A stretch of 64,000 nt of DNA from an uncultured Sphingobacterium sp. (GCA_964516035.1 CAZFAE010000003.1:590-64589), one strand, 5' to 3'. Positions 18,940-29,961 are shown, numbered from the stretch's first letter. Numbers and translations are program-made. The notes: generated by a model from the sequence alone, not told the origin.

Positions 18940-19079
18940 ATTTAAACAATTATTTATAGGTACATGCGTTAAACCACTGATTATACTCCTGCAAAGTTAA
19001 AGTCCATTTTTAATCTTAATCATTTGCCACAAATAGACCGAATTCGCTAAATTGCGGTGAAAATTCAAAAATATACCCC

Positions 19080-20258
19080 ATGAGAGAAGTTGTCATTGTA
19101 TCTGCTGTAAGAACCCCTATTGGTAGTTTTGGAGGAAGCCTGGCTTCTTTATCTGCCACTCAGCTCGGTGCCATTGCTATAAAGGCTGCTATAGAAAAAG
19201 CCGGAATTAAACCAGAACAGGTTCAAGAAGTGTTGATGGGAAACGTACTTTCTGCCAATTTAGGACAAGCTCCGGCAACACAGGCGGCTAAATTTGCGGG
19301 CTTGCCCGATTTACCTGCCACTACAATTAATAAGGTATGTGCTTCTGGTACCAAAGCCATTATGATGGCCGCACAAAGCATTGCCTTGGGCGAAAACGAC
19401 ATCGTAATTGCCGGCGGCATGGAAAGCATGAGCAATGTGCCTTATTACCTAGATAAAGCACGTAACGGTTATCGATTAGGTAATGGAGAAATTACAGACG
19501 GCCTGGTAAAAGACGGCCTTTGGGATGTTTACAATAATTACCACATGGGTTCGGCAGCCGAACTTTGCGCTTCAGAATGCAAAATTAGCCGCGAAGAACA
19601 AGATGCCTATGCCATTTCTTCGTATAACCGTGCCCAGAAGGCACAGTCAGAAGGTAAATTCAAATCAGAAATTGTTCCGGTAGAAATTAAAGACCGAAAA
19701 GGAGAAATTACCCTGTTTACCGAAGATGAAGAAGCCAAAGCGGTAAAGTTTGAAAAAATACCGTCTTTAAAACCTGTTTTTAAGAAAGAAGGTACGGTAA
19801 CTGCCGCCAATGCTTCTACTTTAAACGATGGCGCTGCCGCTCTGGTTTTAATGAGTAAAGAAAAAGCTAAAGAGTTGGGATTAAAACCATTGGCTAAGAT
19901 TTTGGCTTACGCCGATGCACAGCAGGCGCCCGAATGGTTCACCACTAGCCCATCAAAAGCAATTCCTAAAGCATTAGAGCGTGCCGGTTTAAGTTTAGCT
20001 CAAGTTGATTATTTTGAGATAAACGAAGCCTTCTCGGTGGTTTCTATTGCCAACAACCAAGCGATGAACCTCAATCCGGATAAAGTAAACGTAAACGGCG
20101 GCGCTGTGGCAATGGGCCATCCGCTCGGTGCTTCAGGTGCCCGTATTGTAGTTACCCTAATTCATGTTTTAGCACAAAATAAGGGCAAAATCGGCGTGGC
20201 AGGCATTTGCAACGGCGGTGGCGGCGCCAGTGCCTTGGTTATTGAGCAAGTCAATTAA
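19080..20258 (+). CDS. Acetyl-CoA C-acetyltransferase (thiolase II)
   Basis: [15 protein letters not shown], active-site NKVCASG, and C-terminal [15 protein letters not shown]. Confidence 0.92.
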   Translation: MREVVIVSAVRTPIGSFGGSLASLSATQLGAIAIKAAIEKAGIKPEQVQEVLMGNVLSANLGQAPATQAAKFAGLPDLPATTINKVCASGTKAIMMAAQSIALGENDIVIAGGMESMSNVPYYLDKARNGYRLGNGEITDGLVKDGLWDVYNNYHMGSAAELCASECKISREEQDAYAISSYNRAQKAQSEGKFKSEIVPVEIKDRKGEITLFTEDEEAKAVKFEKIPSLKPVFKKEGTVTAANASTLNDGAAALVLMSKEKAKELGLKPLAKILAYADAQQAPEWFTTSPSKAIPKALERAGLSLAQVDYFEINEAFSVVSIANNQAMNLNPDKVNVNGGAVAMGHPLGASGARIVVTLIHVLAQNKGKIGVAGICNGGGGASALVIEQVN

Positions 20259-20259
20259 G

Positions 20260-21177
20260 ATGAGAAAAATTGGTTTAATTATTTTTTTGGGATTAAGCTG
20301 CCTGTGGGTACATGCGCAGCATACTTTCGATAGGCAGGAAGCATCCAGGCTAACTTTTTACCAAGATAGCCTGATTAAACTTGGCCATCAAATGATTAAC
20401 CACGACCTGGAACCCGAACGCTATAATGCCAGCTATCAGTTAATTAAAACCCTGGTTACAGCGCTAAAAGAACCAAAATCATTTTATTTTGGTTTTGATT
20501 CTTTAAAAACAATTAGCATCCAGACCTCATTAGATAAAAAATTCAGGATTTTTAGCTGGCATGTGATGAATAACGATGGCAGCTATCGTTATTATGGCAC
20601 CATACAAATAAATAGCTCAGACGGAAAACTGAAACTATTCCCATTAGTTGACAATACCCCTTTCATGTCAAATCCGCAGGAAACAAGCAATGGCCCCGAC
20701 AAATGGTATGGCGCACAATACTATCAGATTATTCCGGTGCTCCAAGGCCTAAGCCAACCCTATTATGTTTTATTAGGATGGAAAGGAAATACAGCATTAT
20801 CTACCAAAAAAGTGATAGATGTTTTGTATTTCAAAGAGGGTAATCCGGTTTTCGGATTGCCGGTGTTTGATGGCAATGCTGAACATGTCGGCAAAAAACG
20901 TATTGTTTTTGAATATGCCAGAGAGGTGTCTATGACACTAAATTACACCACTAATCAACAACGCATCATTTTCGATCACCTAGTTCCATACGACGCTTCG
21001 CTAAAAGATGATTTTTCTAAATACGGACCAGATATGAGCCATGATGCTTATCAATTATTTAAAGGCCGTTGGAGATTTCAGCAAAATTTGATTTTAACCA
21101 ATGAGCCTACAGACAAGGATGATCAATTTAATGATCCTAAAAAATTAAAGGGCAGCCAGCCTATCCGAAAATATTAA
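20260..21177 (+). CDS. Secreted hypothetical protein
   Basis: Start moved to ATG 20260 (MRKIGLIIFLGLSCLWVHAQ signal peptide). The track start at 20218 overlaps the thiolase. Confidence 0.6.
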   Translation: MRKIGLIIFLGLSCLWVHAQHTFDRQEASRLTFYQDSLIKLGHQMINHDLEPERYNASYQLIKTLVTALKEPKSFYFGFDSLKTISIQTSLDKKFRIFSWHVMNNDGSYRYYGTIQINSSDGKLKLFPLVDNTPFMSNPQETSNGPDKWYGAQYYQIIPVLQGLSQPYYVLLGWKGNTALSTKKVIDVLYFKEGNPVFGLPVFDGNAEHVGKKRIVFEYAREVSMTLNYTTNQQRIIFDHLVPYDASLKDDFSKYGPDMSHDAYQLFKGRWRFQQNLILTNEPTDKDDQFNDPKKLKGSQPIRKY

Positions 21178-21221
21178 TTACTAAATTCGCTTTCCATCAA
21201 ACCATAATTTTACCCCATTCA

Positions 21222-23399
21222 ATGAAAAAAATTCTCTTACTATTATTGATCAGCACTTCGGTATTTGCTCAATCGAAAAAAGAAATCACCCTGGAAGACA
21301 TCTTTAAAAAAGGAACTTTCGGAACCAAAAGCGTTCGCGGTTTACGTTCTATGAACGATGGTAAAACGTACCTCTCTGTAGAAACAGACGAAAAAACAAA
21401 AGAAAGATATGTGGCTAAGAATAACTACAGCGATGGTAAATTAAACAGCGTGCTGTACAAAGAATCTGAGTTGATTTTTAAAGGCGATACGCTTCCTTTA
21501 AGCACCGATTTTAGTGCAGATGAAACTAAAATATTAATTACGGTAGCACCAGAACAAATGTACCGCCGTTCTTTCAAGGCTAATTATTTTGTTTTCGACC
21601 TTAAAACCAAACAAATTACCGAAGTATCTGCCAAAGGCAAGCAATTATTTGCAAGCTTCTCGCCAGATGGTAGCAAAGTAGGCTTTGTTAGAGATAATAA
21701 CCTTTTTATTAAAGATTTGCTAAGCGGAACAGAACTGCAATTAACAAACGACGGTAAAAACAACGAGATTATCAACGGCCGTTCAGACTGGGTTTATGAA
21801 GAAGAGTTTTCTTTTGCCCAAGCTTTTTTCTGGAGCCCTGATGGTAAAAGCATTGCGTATTATAAGTTTAACGAAAAAGAAGTACCTGAATACAGCATGA
21901 CCATGTTCGAAGGGCTGTATCCTACCGAATATAAATACAAGTATCCTAAAGCCGGAGAAAAAAACTCCGTGGTAAGTATCCATACTTATAATCTGGAAAG
22001 CAACAGCACACAAACCGTAAATATTGGCTCAGAAAAAGACCAATACATTCCACGCATTCGCTGGACACAAGATGCCAATACCCTTTGTGTATTGCGCATG
22101 AACCGCCACCAGAATAAACTGGATTATTTGATGGCAAATGCTAAAAGTGGCGAAACCCGTTTAATGATGACAGAAACGGATAAATATTATGTAGATATCG
22201 AAAAAGAACAGTTAACCTTTCTTGCCGATGGCAAATATTTTGTAAACACCAGCGAAAAAGACGGCTTTAACCACATTTATTTATACGATCTAAATGGAAA
22301 GCTGATTAAACAAATCACAAAAGGAAACTGGGAAGTAACTGATTTTTATGGTATAGACCAGAAAAAAGGATTCATTTACTATCAGGCAGCCGAAGTCTCT
22401 CCTTCTCAGCGTGAAGTTTATGCAATTGGCATAAATGGTAAAAACAAAAGAAAAATCAGTACCCTTTCGGGGATGAATGCAGCTACGTTCAGCAACGATT
22501 TTAGTTTTTATATTTTATCTCATCAAAATGCAAAATCGCCATTAAACGTGAGTTTACATAGCAATAATGGCCAATTGGTACGTAACCTGGAAGATAATAC
22601 CAAAGCCAGAAAGGTAGCTTCAGAATACAAAATCAGCCCGACAGAGTTTTTCAGCTTCACTACTTCAGAGGGAATCAGCTTAAACGGCTACATGATTAAA
22701 CCGGCCAATTTCGATCCGAACAAAAAATATCCGGTATTTATGTACGTATATGGCGGTCCGGGCAGCCAAAACGTATCAGAAACCTGGGGCGGCAGCAGAA
22801 CTATGTGGTTCAATTACCTGGCTCAACAAGGTTATATTGTGGCTTGTGTAGATAATCGCGGAACTGGTTTTAGAGGTGCAGAATTCAAGAAAATGACTTA
22901 TTTAAACTTGGGTAAATACGAAACTATCGACCAAATTGAAGCAGCAAAATGGTTTGCCAATCAACCTTATGTTGATGGAAAACGTATCGGCATCTGGGGA
23001 TGGAGTTATGGCGGCTATATGTCATCACTTTGCATTACCAAAGGGGCAGATGTATTTAAAATGGCCATCGCAGTAGCACCAGTTACTACCTGGAGATTTT
23101 ACGACAGCATTTATACCGAACGCTATTTAAGAACCCCACAAGAAAACCCTGAAGGTTATGACATCAACTCCCCCATTAATTTTGCAGATCAAATGAAAGG
23201 TAAATTCTTGTTAATACACGGTACCGGAGATGATAACGTACATTTCCAGAACAGTGTGATGTTCTCCGAATCATTAATTCAAGCCAATAAATCTTTTGAT
23301 CAGGCTTATTATCCTAATAAAAATCATGGTATCAGCGGTGGCAACACCACCATTCAGCTCTACCGCAAAATGACTGATTTTATCTTAAACAACCTATAA
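21222..23399 (+). CDS. S9B dipeptidyl-peptidase IV
   Basis: 725 aa with a signal peptide, DPPIV N-terminal propeller-like region, nucleophile motif GWSYGGY, and GTGDDNVH. Confidence 0.9.
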   Translation: MKKILLLLLISTSVFAQSKKEITLEDIFKKGTFGTKSVRGLRSMNDGKTYLSVETDEKTKERYVAKNNYSDGKLNSVLYKESELIFKGDTLPLSTDFSADETKILITVAPEQMYRRSFKANYFVFDLKTKQITEVSAKGKQLFASFSPDGSKVGFVRDNNLFIKDLLSGTELQLTNDGKNNEIINGRSDWVYEEEFSFAQAFFWSPDGKSIAYYKFNEKEVPEYSMTMFEGLYPTEYKYKYPKAGEKNSVVSIHTYNLESNSTQTVNIGSEKDQYIPRIRWTQDANTLCVLRMNRHQNKLDYLMANAKSGETRLMMTETDKYYVDIEKEQLTFLADGKYFVNTSEKDGFNHIYLYDLNGKLIKQITKGNWEVTDFYGIDQKKGFIYYQAAEVSPSQREVYAIGINGKNKRKISTLSGMNAATFSNDFSFYILSHQNAKSPLNVSLHSNNGQLVRNLEDNTKARKVASEYKISPTEFFSFTTSEGISLNGYMIKPANFDPNKKYPVFMYVYGGPGSQNVSETWGGSRTMWFNYLAQQGYIVACVDNRGTGFRGAEFKKMTYLNLGKYETIDQIEAAKWFANQPYVDGKRIGIWGWSYGGYMSSLCITKGADVFKMAIAVAPVTTWRFYDSIYTERYLRTPQENPEGYDINSPINFADQMKGKFLLIHGTGDDNVHFQNSVMFSESLIQANKSFDQAYYPNKNHGISGGNTTIQLYRKMTDFILNNL

Positions 23400-23431
23400 T
23401 CTAACCAAACTCTAAACCATTATCATCAAAC

Positions 23432-24934
23432 ATGAGTAAGCAACCAAATTCTGCTCAACTAGGGCATCCGAAAGGACTTTATGTACTTTTTGCCACAGAA
23501 ATGTGGGAACGTTTTAGCTATTATGGCATGCGTGCCCTATTGGTACTTTATTTAACCGCACAAATTATTAATGGCGGTTTTGAATTAGACCGTACTTCGG
23601 CATTAGAAATTTATGCCATTTTTACCGGCCTGGTTTATTTAACACCTATTGTTGGAGGTTTATTAGCCGATAAAATTCTAGGACAGCGTAAAGCCATATT
23701 TATTGGTGGAATTTTAATGGCTTTGGGCCAATTTATTCTGGCCTACTCTCAAACAGGCGACATAGCTGCCAGAACCTGGTTATTGCAATTAGGCTTAGGT
23801 GTAATTATTGTTGGAAACGGCTTTTTCAAACCTAATATTTCAACCATCGTTGGAAAATTATATTCCGATCACGATCCGCGAAAAGATTCTGCCTTTACCA
23901 TTTTTTACATGGGTATTAACTTAGGCGCTTTTCTTGCACCCCTGGTTTGCGGCTATCTGGCAGTAGAATTTGGCTGGGCCTATGGTTTTGGTGCTGCCGG
24001 TGTAGGTATGATTTTAGGAACATTGTGGTTTGCGGCACAAGGCAATTTATTAGGCAATGTGGGTTTTGCACCCGATAGAGATGCAGAATCTAAAGAACAG
24101 TTAAACCTAAAAGAAAAAGATTGGAGTCATATTTTAGTATATGTACTCTCTTCATTAGTTCTGGTTTACGGATTTTTAGTATTGTGGGGCAATTTAAGCG
24201 AAAGCGCACAATCTATACTCACTACCGCCATGGCCGTAATTGGCACATTGGCATTGGCATACATCATTTTTAGCAATACCAAGGGCGGTGTAGAATGGAA
24301 ACGGGTAGGCGTAATTTTCGTTTTGTGTTTCTTTAATATTTTCTTCTGGGCGGGCTTTGAGCAGGCCGGAGGTACCTTTAATTTATTTGCCAATAGCAAT
24401 ACCAACCGAATGATTTTTGGATGGGAAATGCCTGCCGCCTGGTTTCAATCTGTAAACTCTATCTGGATCATTTCTTTAGCACCGGTAGTATCAATGTTAT
24501 GGTTAAGCTTATCAAGAATTAGCAAAAACCCTAATATTCCGGTAAAATTTGCCTTGGGATTACTTTTCCTGGGATTGGGTTTTATAGTAATGAGCGCCGC
24601 AAGTGCAGCCTCGCAAGATGGCAACCTGGTTAGCCCGATGTGGCTGGTTACTGTATATTTTTTACACACGGTGGCCGAACTGTGTTTGTCCCCTATCGGT
24701 TTATCTATGATTTCTAAATTATCTCCTCAAAAGATAGTTTCGGTAATGATGGGATTATGGTTTGCTTCCATTGCCTTAGCCAATTATATGGCCGGTGTTC
24801 TGGAAGCCATCCTGAAAAATTACCTTCCAGACATGCCGCTATTCAGCTTTTTAACCCTCACTTCTATTTGTGCAGGTGTGATATTATTGCTGCTATCTCC
24901 AGTACTTAAAAAATTAATGAGCGGGGTAAGTTAG
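23432..24934 (+). CDS. POT/PTR2-family di-/tripeptide:proton symporter
   Basis: 'EMWERFSYYGMRALLVLYL' and 'GGLLADKILGQRK' PTR2 signatures; multi-TM. Confidence 0.9.
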   Translation: MSKQPNSAQLGHPKGLYVLFATEMWERFSYYGMRALLVLYLTAQIINGGFELDRTSALEIYAIFTGLVYLTPIVGGLLADKILGQRKAIFIGGILMALGQFILAYSQTGDIAARTWLLQLGLGVIIVGNGFFKPNISTIVGKLYSDHDPRKDSAFTIFYMGINLGAFLAPLVCGYLAVEFGWAYGFGAAGVGMILGTLWFAAQGNLLGNVGFAPDRDAESKEQLNLKEKDWSHILVYVLSSLVLVYGFLVLWGNLSESAQSILTTAMAVIGTLALAYIIFSNTKGGVEWKRVGVIFVLCFFNIFFWAGFEQAGGTFNLFANSNTNRMIFGWEMPAAWFQSVNSIWIISLAPVVSMLWLSLSRISKNPNIPVKFALGLLFLGLGFIVMSAASAASQDGNLVSPMWLVTVYFLHTVAELCLSPIGLSMISKLSPQKIVSVMMGLWFASIALANYMAGVLEAILKNYLPDMPLFSFLTLTSICAGVILLLLSPVLKKLMSGVS

Positions 24935-24957
24935 TTTACGCTGCTGTGCATAAAAAA

Positions 24958-24988
24958 CTCGTTCCGAGAAATTGGAACGAGTTTTTTT
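24958..24988 (+). terminator. Rho-independent terminator
   Basis: ctcgttcc-gagaaatt-ggaacgag followed by ttttttt. Confidence 0.8.
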
Positions 24989-25026
24989 ATGTTAATCCCT
25001 TATCTTAGCGGTTTAAAATATTATTC

Positions 25027-25767
25027 GTGCAATCAGATAGCCTAGTCCTTATTCCTACTTATAACGAGAAAGAAAACATCGAAAAAATCATTCGTAAAGT
25101 TTTTTCTTTGGATATTCCTTTCCATGTATTGGTTATTGACGACGGTTCGCCGGATGGAACAGCCGATATTGTTAAAAACCTTCAAAAAGAATTTACCGAA
25201 CAATTATTTATTGAAGAACGTAAAGGCAAACTGGGTTTAGGCACCGCTTATATTCATGGCTTTAAATGGGCTTTAAAGCATCATTACGACTATATTTTTG
25301 AGATGGATGCCGATTTTTCTCATAACCCAAAAGATTTAATCCGCTTACGCGAAGCCTGCCTGCAGGGTGCAGATGTGGCTATTGGCTCCCGTTACATTAA
25401 AGGCGTAAACGTAGTGAACTGGCCCATGGGCCGAGTGTTGATGTCCTATTTTGCCTCGGTTTACGTCCGCATCATCACCGGAATTGACATACAAGATGCT
25501 ACCGCCGGTTTTAAATGTTACCGCAAAAAGGTGCTAAAAACCATACAACTCAACAAAATTAAATTTGTGGGGTATGCCTTTCAAATTGAGATGAAATTTA
25601 CCGCCATACAGCATGGTTTTAAAGTGGTAGAAATACCCATCATTTTTACCGACCGCACCGAAGGCACTTCTAAAATGAGTCCACGAATTTTCCGCGAGGC
25701 TTTTTTAGGCGTGATACAAATGAAAATAAGTTCTTGGTTTAGGAAATATCCTAAACCAAGAACTTAG
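25027..25767 (+). CDS. GT2 polyprenol-phosphate mannosyl/glycosyltransferase (Dpm1-like)
   Basis: 'LIPTYNEKENI', 'VIDDGSPDGT', 'EMDADFSH', 'FTDRTEGTSKM'. Confidence 0.85.
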   Translation: MQSDSLVLIPTYNEKENIEKIIRKVFSLDIPFHVLVIDDGSPDGTADIVKNLQKEFTEQLFIEERKGKLGLGTAYIHGFKWALKHHYDYIFEMDADFSHNPKDLIRLREACLQGADVAIGSRYIKGVNVVNWPMGRVLMSYFASVYVRIITGIDIQDATAGFKCYRKKVLKTIQLNKIKFVGYAFQIEMKFTAIQHGFKVVEIPIIFTDRTEGTSKMSPRIFREAFLGVIQMKISSWFRKYPKPRT

Positions 25768-25770
25768 TAA

Positions 25771-26412
25771 TTATTTGTAATTGTATAGCTGGCTTACTTC
25801 TGCTTGGGTAATGGCCCGGTTATAGATAAATAAATTATCGATACTGCCCGCCCAAAATATTCCGAAATAAGATCCCAAAAGTAAATCTGAATTAAAGCCA
25901 GTAATCATTCCGGCGGTGAGTTTGGAATTTTTAAGTGTACCATTCACAAATAATCTCATTTCCACTCCATCGTAGCTAAATACCGCATGATTCCATTCGC
26001 CAACATTGATATTGCCATTGATACCTGTACCCTGCGTTATCAGATAAACTTTCTGGTCCTGAGTTTCCGTTCCAAAGTCAATACCAGGCAGACTCAAGAA
26101 TACCTGATCAGGAGTAGTACCTGCACTTTTAAACCAAAATGAGACACTAATTTTATTGTTAATTTGAGGAGTTTTTGGAGCAAACTTAATATCCTGATTT
26201 GTACCATTAAAAACAGCTGCTTTGCCAGTCTTTCCGGCGCCAAAAGTTGCTGTACCCACACCATCATTAGCATAGCCTTGCTGGTCTTTCAGATTATCAT
26301 CAAAATTGACATAAGAAATCAATCCATCGGTTGGATAGGTTCTTGGTTTGTCCTTTTTGCAGGAAACACTAATTAATAATAGGAATGCGCTGAGTAAAAT
26401 AAGATTTTTCAT
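25771..26412 (-). CDS. LamG/ConA-like lectin-fold lipoprotein, paralog 1
   Basis: Lipobox SVSCKKDK. 'GLISYVNFDDNLKDQQGY' N-terminal block and 'IDNLFIYNRAITQAEVSQLYNYK' C-terminal block typical of LamG_3 domains. Confidence 0.75.
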   Translation of the reverse strand: MKNLILLSAFLLLISVSCKKDKPRTYPTDGLISYVNFDDNLKDQQGYANDGVGTATFGAGKTGKAAVFNGTNQDIKFAPKTPQINNKISVSFWFKSAGTTPDQVFLSLPGIDFGTETQDQKVYLITQGTGINGNINVGEWNHAVFSYDGVEMRLFVNGTLKNSKLTAGMITGFNSDLLLGSYFGIFWAGSIDNLFIYNRAITQAEVSQLYNYK

Positions 26413-26418
26413 GTTTTT

Positions 26419-27081
26419 TTAGTTTAAATTGTACAATTGAGTAACTTCTGCTTGAGTAATGGCCCGGTTATAGATGTAGAGTTCGTCTATGCTGCCAGGG
26501 AAATATGATGGAGCACCCACAAAAAGAGTACTTTCAAATCCAGTGAAAGATTCGTTAAAGCTTTTACTATCTATCAAAACTCCATTTGAATAAATTTTAA
26601 CTATAGCCCCGTCGAAAGTTCCTACAACATGGTTCCATTCACCAAGTGTAAAGGGTGCAATTAGATTAGCTGACACCACTCCAGACTTAATAATAAAAAC
26701 TACATTATTGGAATTTACAGCTAACGCAAAAATATCTGCATTAGCGTTTTCTTGGCTCAATATGCTTTTAATACCTGTATCACTAGTTTTGTACCAACAT
26801 GCCACAGAAAGTTCAGCATTTGGTTTAACAACTTTGGGAGTAAATTCGATTCTTTGATTTATTCCGTTAAAGACAGCAGCCATACCAATCTTTCCAACTC
26901 CAAAAATAGCCGTACCCACACCATCATCCGTATAATCTTGTTGATCTGTAAGGTTATCATCAAAATTGAAATAAGAAATTAAACCAGCACTTGGATAGGA
27001 CAGTACATTATCCTTTTTACATGAACCTGCAATTAATAATAGCAATGAGATAAGCAAAACGGATGTTTTCATAATTTTCAT
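26419..27081 (-). CDS. LamG/ConA-like lectin-fold lipoprotein, paralog 2
   Basis: Lipobox AGSCKKDN, 'GLISYFNFDDNLTDQQDY', 'IDELYIYNRAITQAEVTQLYNLN'. Confidence 0.75.
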   Translation of the reverse strand: MKIMKTSVLLISLLLLIAGSCKKDNVLSYPSAGLISYFNFDDNLTDQQDYTDDGVGTAIFGVGKIGMAAVFNGINQRIEFTPKVVKPNAELSVACWYKTSDTGIKSILSQENANADIFALAVNSNNVVFIIKSGVVSANLIAPFTLGEWNHVVGTFDGAIVKIYSNGVLIDSKSFNESFTGFESTLFVGAPSYFPGSIDELYIYNRAITQAEVTQLYNLN

Positions 27082-27082
27082 T

Positions 27083-27760
27083 TTATTTCAAATTGTATAA
27101 TTGGGTTACTTCTGCCTGAGTTAGAGCCCGGTTGTAGATGTAGAGTTCGTCTATGCTACCGGTCCAGTATTTAGCTGAAGCCTCAGAGTATCCCAACGTT
27201 ATCTTTTTAAAAGATGTCATTACCCCGCCTTCTTCAGCAAGTGTACCCGTTAGAGTTCCATTAATGTATAAATTAGATTTTAAACCATCGTAGGTTCCTA
27301 CCACATGTATCCAATTTTCTGGAATAAAATCAGCTTCTATTGGGCTTGCTTGGATTGATAGATACGAGTAGAATTTATTTTGATCATCCACCCAAAAAGA
27401 TAAATATTTTTGAAAATTATCCTCATATGATAAAATTCCAAGTAAATATTGATTAGGTGAAGCCGTTCCCTTCATCCAAAAGCTAATACTAACATTAATT
27501 GGCGCCTGGCTAGGTGTGGCATTAAACACCACAGATTGGTTATTGCCATCAAACATTATGGCTTTTCCTATTCTGCCGGCACCATAAGTTAAGCTACCAG
27601 TCGGCATACCATCTCCAGAATATCCTTGCTGGTCTTTAATATTATCATCAAAATTGAAATAAGAAATTAGGCCCTTATTAATATCCGGACCATTTTTATC
27701 TTTTTTACAAGAAACACTAATTAATAAGAGCAACAAAAAAGCAGTAATTTTAGTTTTCAT
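27083..27760 (-). CDS. LamG/ConA-like lectin-fold lipoprotein, paralog 3
   Basis: Lipobox SVSCKKDK, 'GLISYFNFDDNIKDQQGY', 'IDELYIYNRALTQAEVTQLYNLK'. Confidence 0.75.
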   Translation of the reverse strand: MKTKITAFLLLLLISVSCKKDKNGPDINKGLISYFNFDDNIKDQQGYSGDGMPTGSLTYGAGRIGKAIMFDGNNQSVVFNATPSQAPINVSISFWMKGTASPNQYLLGILSYEDNFQKYLSFWVDDQNKFYSYLSIQASPIEADFIPENWIHVVGTYDGLKSNLYINGTLTGTLAEEGGVMTSFKKITLGYSEASAKYWTGSIDELYIYNRALTQAEVTQLYNLK

Positions 27761-27814
27761 ACATTATTGTTTTACTTAGAAACGTAAGAATTAAAGTTTT
27801 CGTATTTTTATGGC

Positions 27815-28840
27815 ATGCTTAACGAAAACCTGGATCCTAATTTGGAAAATCTGAGCCCTGTTGAACGCGATCTCGAAAAAGTATTGCGTCCTCAGGAATT
27901 TGAAGATTTTACAGGCCAGCATAAAATTCTAGAGAATCTGCGCATTTTCGTTCAGGCGGCCAAGCAGCGTGGCGAAGCTTTAGACCACGTTTTATTGCAC
28001 GGTCCTCCGGGATTGGGCAAAACCACACTTTCGTATATTATTGCCAACGAAATGGGTGTAGGCATCAAAATTACTTCAGGACCCGTATTGGATAAACCTG
28101 GCGATTTAGCCGGTTTACTCACCAACCTAGAAGAAGGAGATATTTTATTTATTGATGAAATTCACCGTTTAAGTCCGCTGGTAGAAGAATATTTGTATTC
28201 GGCCATGGAGGATTTTAAAATTGATATTATGTTGGAAACCGGGCCTAATGCCCGTTCGGTACAAATTTCTTTAAATCCGTTTACTTTGGTGGGCGCCACT
28301 ACCCGCTCCGGTTTGCTTACCGCTCCGCTTCGGGCTCGTTTTGGCATCAATTCACGTTTGGAATATTACGATGCTAAACTTTTAACGACTATTGTTCTCC
28401 GTTCAGCATCTATATTAAAAACACCGATTAGCGACGAAGGAGCTTACGAAATTGCCCGCCGAAGCCGTGGTACGCCGCGTATTGCCAATGCTTTACTGCG
28501 CCGTACCCGCGATTTTGCCCAGATTAAAGGCAATGGCAGCATTGATACCGAAATTGCTCAAATTGCATTGAAGGCCCTGAATGTAGATATGCATGGCTTG
28601 GATGAAATGGACAATAAAATACTCATCACCATTATAGATAAGTTTAAAGGCGGCCCGGTGGGTTTAAAAACCATAGCCACCGCCGTTGGCGAAGATGAAG
28701 GCACCATTGAGGAGGTTTACGAACCCTATTTAATTCAGGAAGGTTATTTGATGCGCACTTCCCGAGGCCGCGAATGCACCGAACTAGCCTATAAACACCT
28801 CGAGCGCATTAAACCCGGAGGCACAGCTTCTTTGTTTTAA
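27815..28840 (+). CDS. ruvB: Holliday junction branch-migration helicase RuvB
   Basis: [12 protein letters not shown], Walker [10 protein letters not shown], Walker [24 protein letters not shown]. Confidence 0.95.
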   Translation: MLNENLDPNLENLSPVERDLEKVLRPQEFEDFTGQHKILENLRIFVQAAKQRGEALDHVLLHGPPGLGKTTLSYIIANEMGVGIKITSGPVLDKPGDLAGLLTNLEEGDILFIDEIHRLSPLVEEYLYSAMEDFKIDIMLETGPNARSVQISLNPFTLVGATTRSGLLTAPLRARFGINSRLEYYDAKLLTTIVLRSASILKTPISDEGAYEIARRSRGTPRIANALLRRTRDFAQIKGNGSIDTEIAQIALKALNVDMHGLDEMDNKILITIIDKFKGGPVGLKTIATAVGEDEGTIEEVYEPYLIQEGYLMRTSRGRECTELAYKHLERIKPGGTASLF

Positions 28841-28846
28841 ATTTTA

Positions 28847-29779
28847 ATGGCTCTACCCTCAAATAAATACAGCGAATTCATTAAAGCCGAAGCCAAAAGC
28901 TTGGGCTTTTTGTTTTGTGGTATTTCTGAGGCCGGTTTTTTAGAATCGGAAGCACCATTATTAGAAAAATGGTTAAAATCTGGCTTTCAGGGCGAGATGG
29001 GGTATATGGAAAATTATTTTGATAAACGCCTCGATCCGCGTTTATTAGTAGATGGGGCAAAATCTGTCATCAGCCTGGGATTAAATTATTATACCGAACA
29101 GAGTCAAAGCGACCCGGAAGCTCCAAAAATCTCTACTTATGCTTACGGCCAAGATTACCATTCGGTAATTAAAAGCAAACTGAAAATTTTAACAGAACGA
29201 ATTCAGGAAGAAATTGGCGAGGTAAACGGACGTGCTTTTGTAGATTCAGCACCTGTTCTGGACAAGGCTTGGGCCAAAAAATCAGGTTTGGGATGGGTGG
29301 GTAAGCATACTAACCTCATTAACCAGCAAAATGGTTCTTATTTCTTTCTGGCCGAATTGATTGTGGATTTAGAATTGACTTATGATGTGGCTCCCCAAGC
29401 TGACCATTGCGGCACCTGCACCCGTTGCCTGGACGCCTGCCCTACGCAGGCCATTGTGGCGCCATATGTGGTTGATGGCAGCCGCTGTATTTCTTATTTA
29501 ACCATCGAATTTAAAAACGAAATTCCTGCCGAATTTAAAGGCAAAATGGATAACTGGATGTTTGGCTGCGATGTTTGCCAACAGGTTTGCCCATGGAACC
29601 GGTTTTCTACGCCACATCAGGAAAAGGCTTTTGAACCGCATCCGGATTTGCTGGGGATGAATAGAAAGGATTGGGAAGAAATTACAGAAGAAGTATTTGT
29701 GAAGGTTTTTTCTAAATCGGCAGTTAAGCGGGCTAAGTTTGCTGGCTTGAGGCAGAATATTTCATTTCTCTCGGAATAG
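28847..29779 (+). CDS. queG: Epoxyqueuosine reductase QueG
   Basis: [15 protein letters not shown] and [11 protein letters not shown] 4Fe-4S motifs, plus the '[12 protein letters not shown]' block. Confidence 0.9.
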   Translation: MALPSNKYSEFIKAEAKSLGFLFCGISEAGFLESEAPLLEKWLKSGFQGEMGYMENYFDKRLDPRLLVDGAKSVISLGLNYYTEQSQSDPEAPKISTYAYGQDYHSVIKSKLKILTERIQEEIGEVNGRAFVDSAPVLDKAWAKKSGLGWVGKHTNLINQQNGSYFFLAELIVDLELTYDVAPQADHCGTCTRCLDACPTQAIVAPYVVDGSRCISYLTIEFKNEIPAEFKGKMDNWMFGCDVCQQVCPWNRFSTPHQEKAFEPHPDLLGMNRKDWEEITEEVFVKVFSKSAVKRAKFAGLRQNISFLSE

Positions 29780-29840
29780 CACCTAAGCTTCTCCTAAAAT
29801 TTTTAATCTAACCGAAGAAATATCTAAAACATAAAAAATT

Positions 29841-29867
29841 CCTCCGATAAACACCGGAGGGATTTTT
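29841..29867 (+). terminator. Hairpin terminator after queG
   Basis: cctccg-ataaacac-cggagg followed by gattttt. Confidence 0.6.
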
Positions 29868-29877
29868 GGGTTAGATA

Positions 29878-29952
29878 CGTCATTTCGAATTCGATTCATC
29901 GAATGAGAAATCTGTCGTACTTTAGAGATTTCTCTCTTCGTTCGAAAAGACG
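29878..29952. repeat. Nested palindromic intergenic repeat, copy A
   Basis: Outer arms cgtcatttcgaa / ttcgaaaagacg. Inner perfect 9-bp arms gagaaatct / agatttctc around a 12-nt loop. Same architecture as copy B at 41362..41444. Confidence 0.75.
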
Positions 29953-29961
29953 AATATGTCA

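Noticed and set aside
20218-20259. Upstream extension of the ORF overlapping the thiolase 3' end
   Set aside because: The ATG at 20260 gives a canonical signal peptide and removes the 41-nt overlap.
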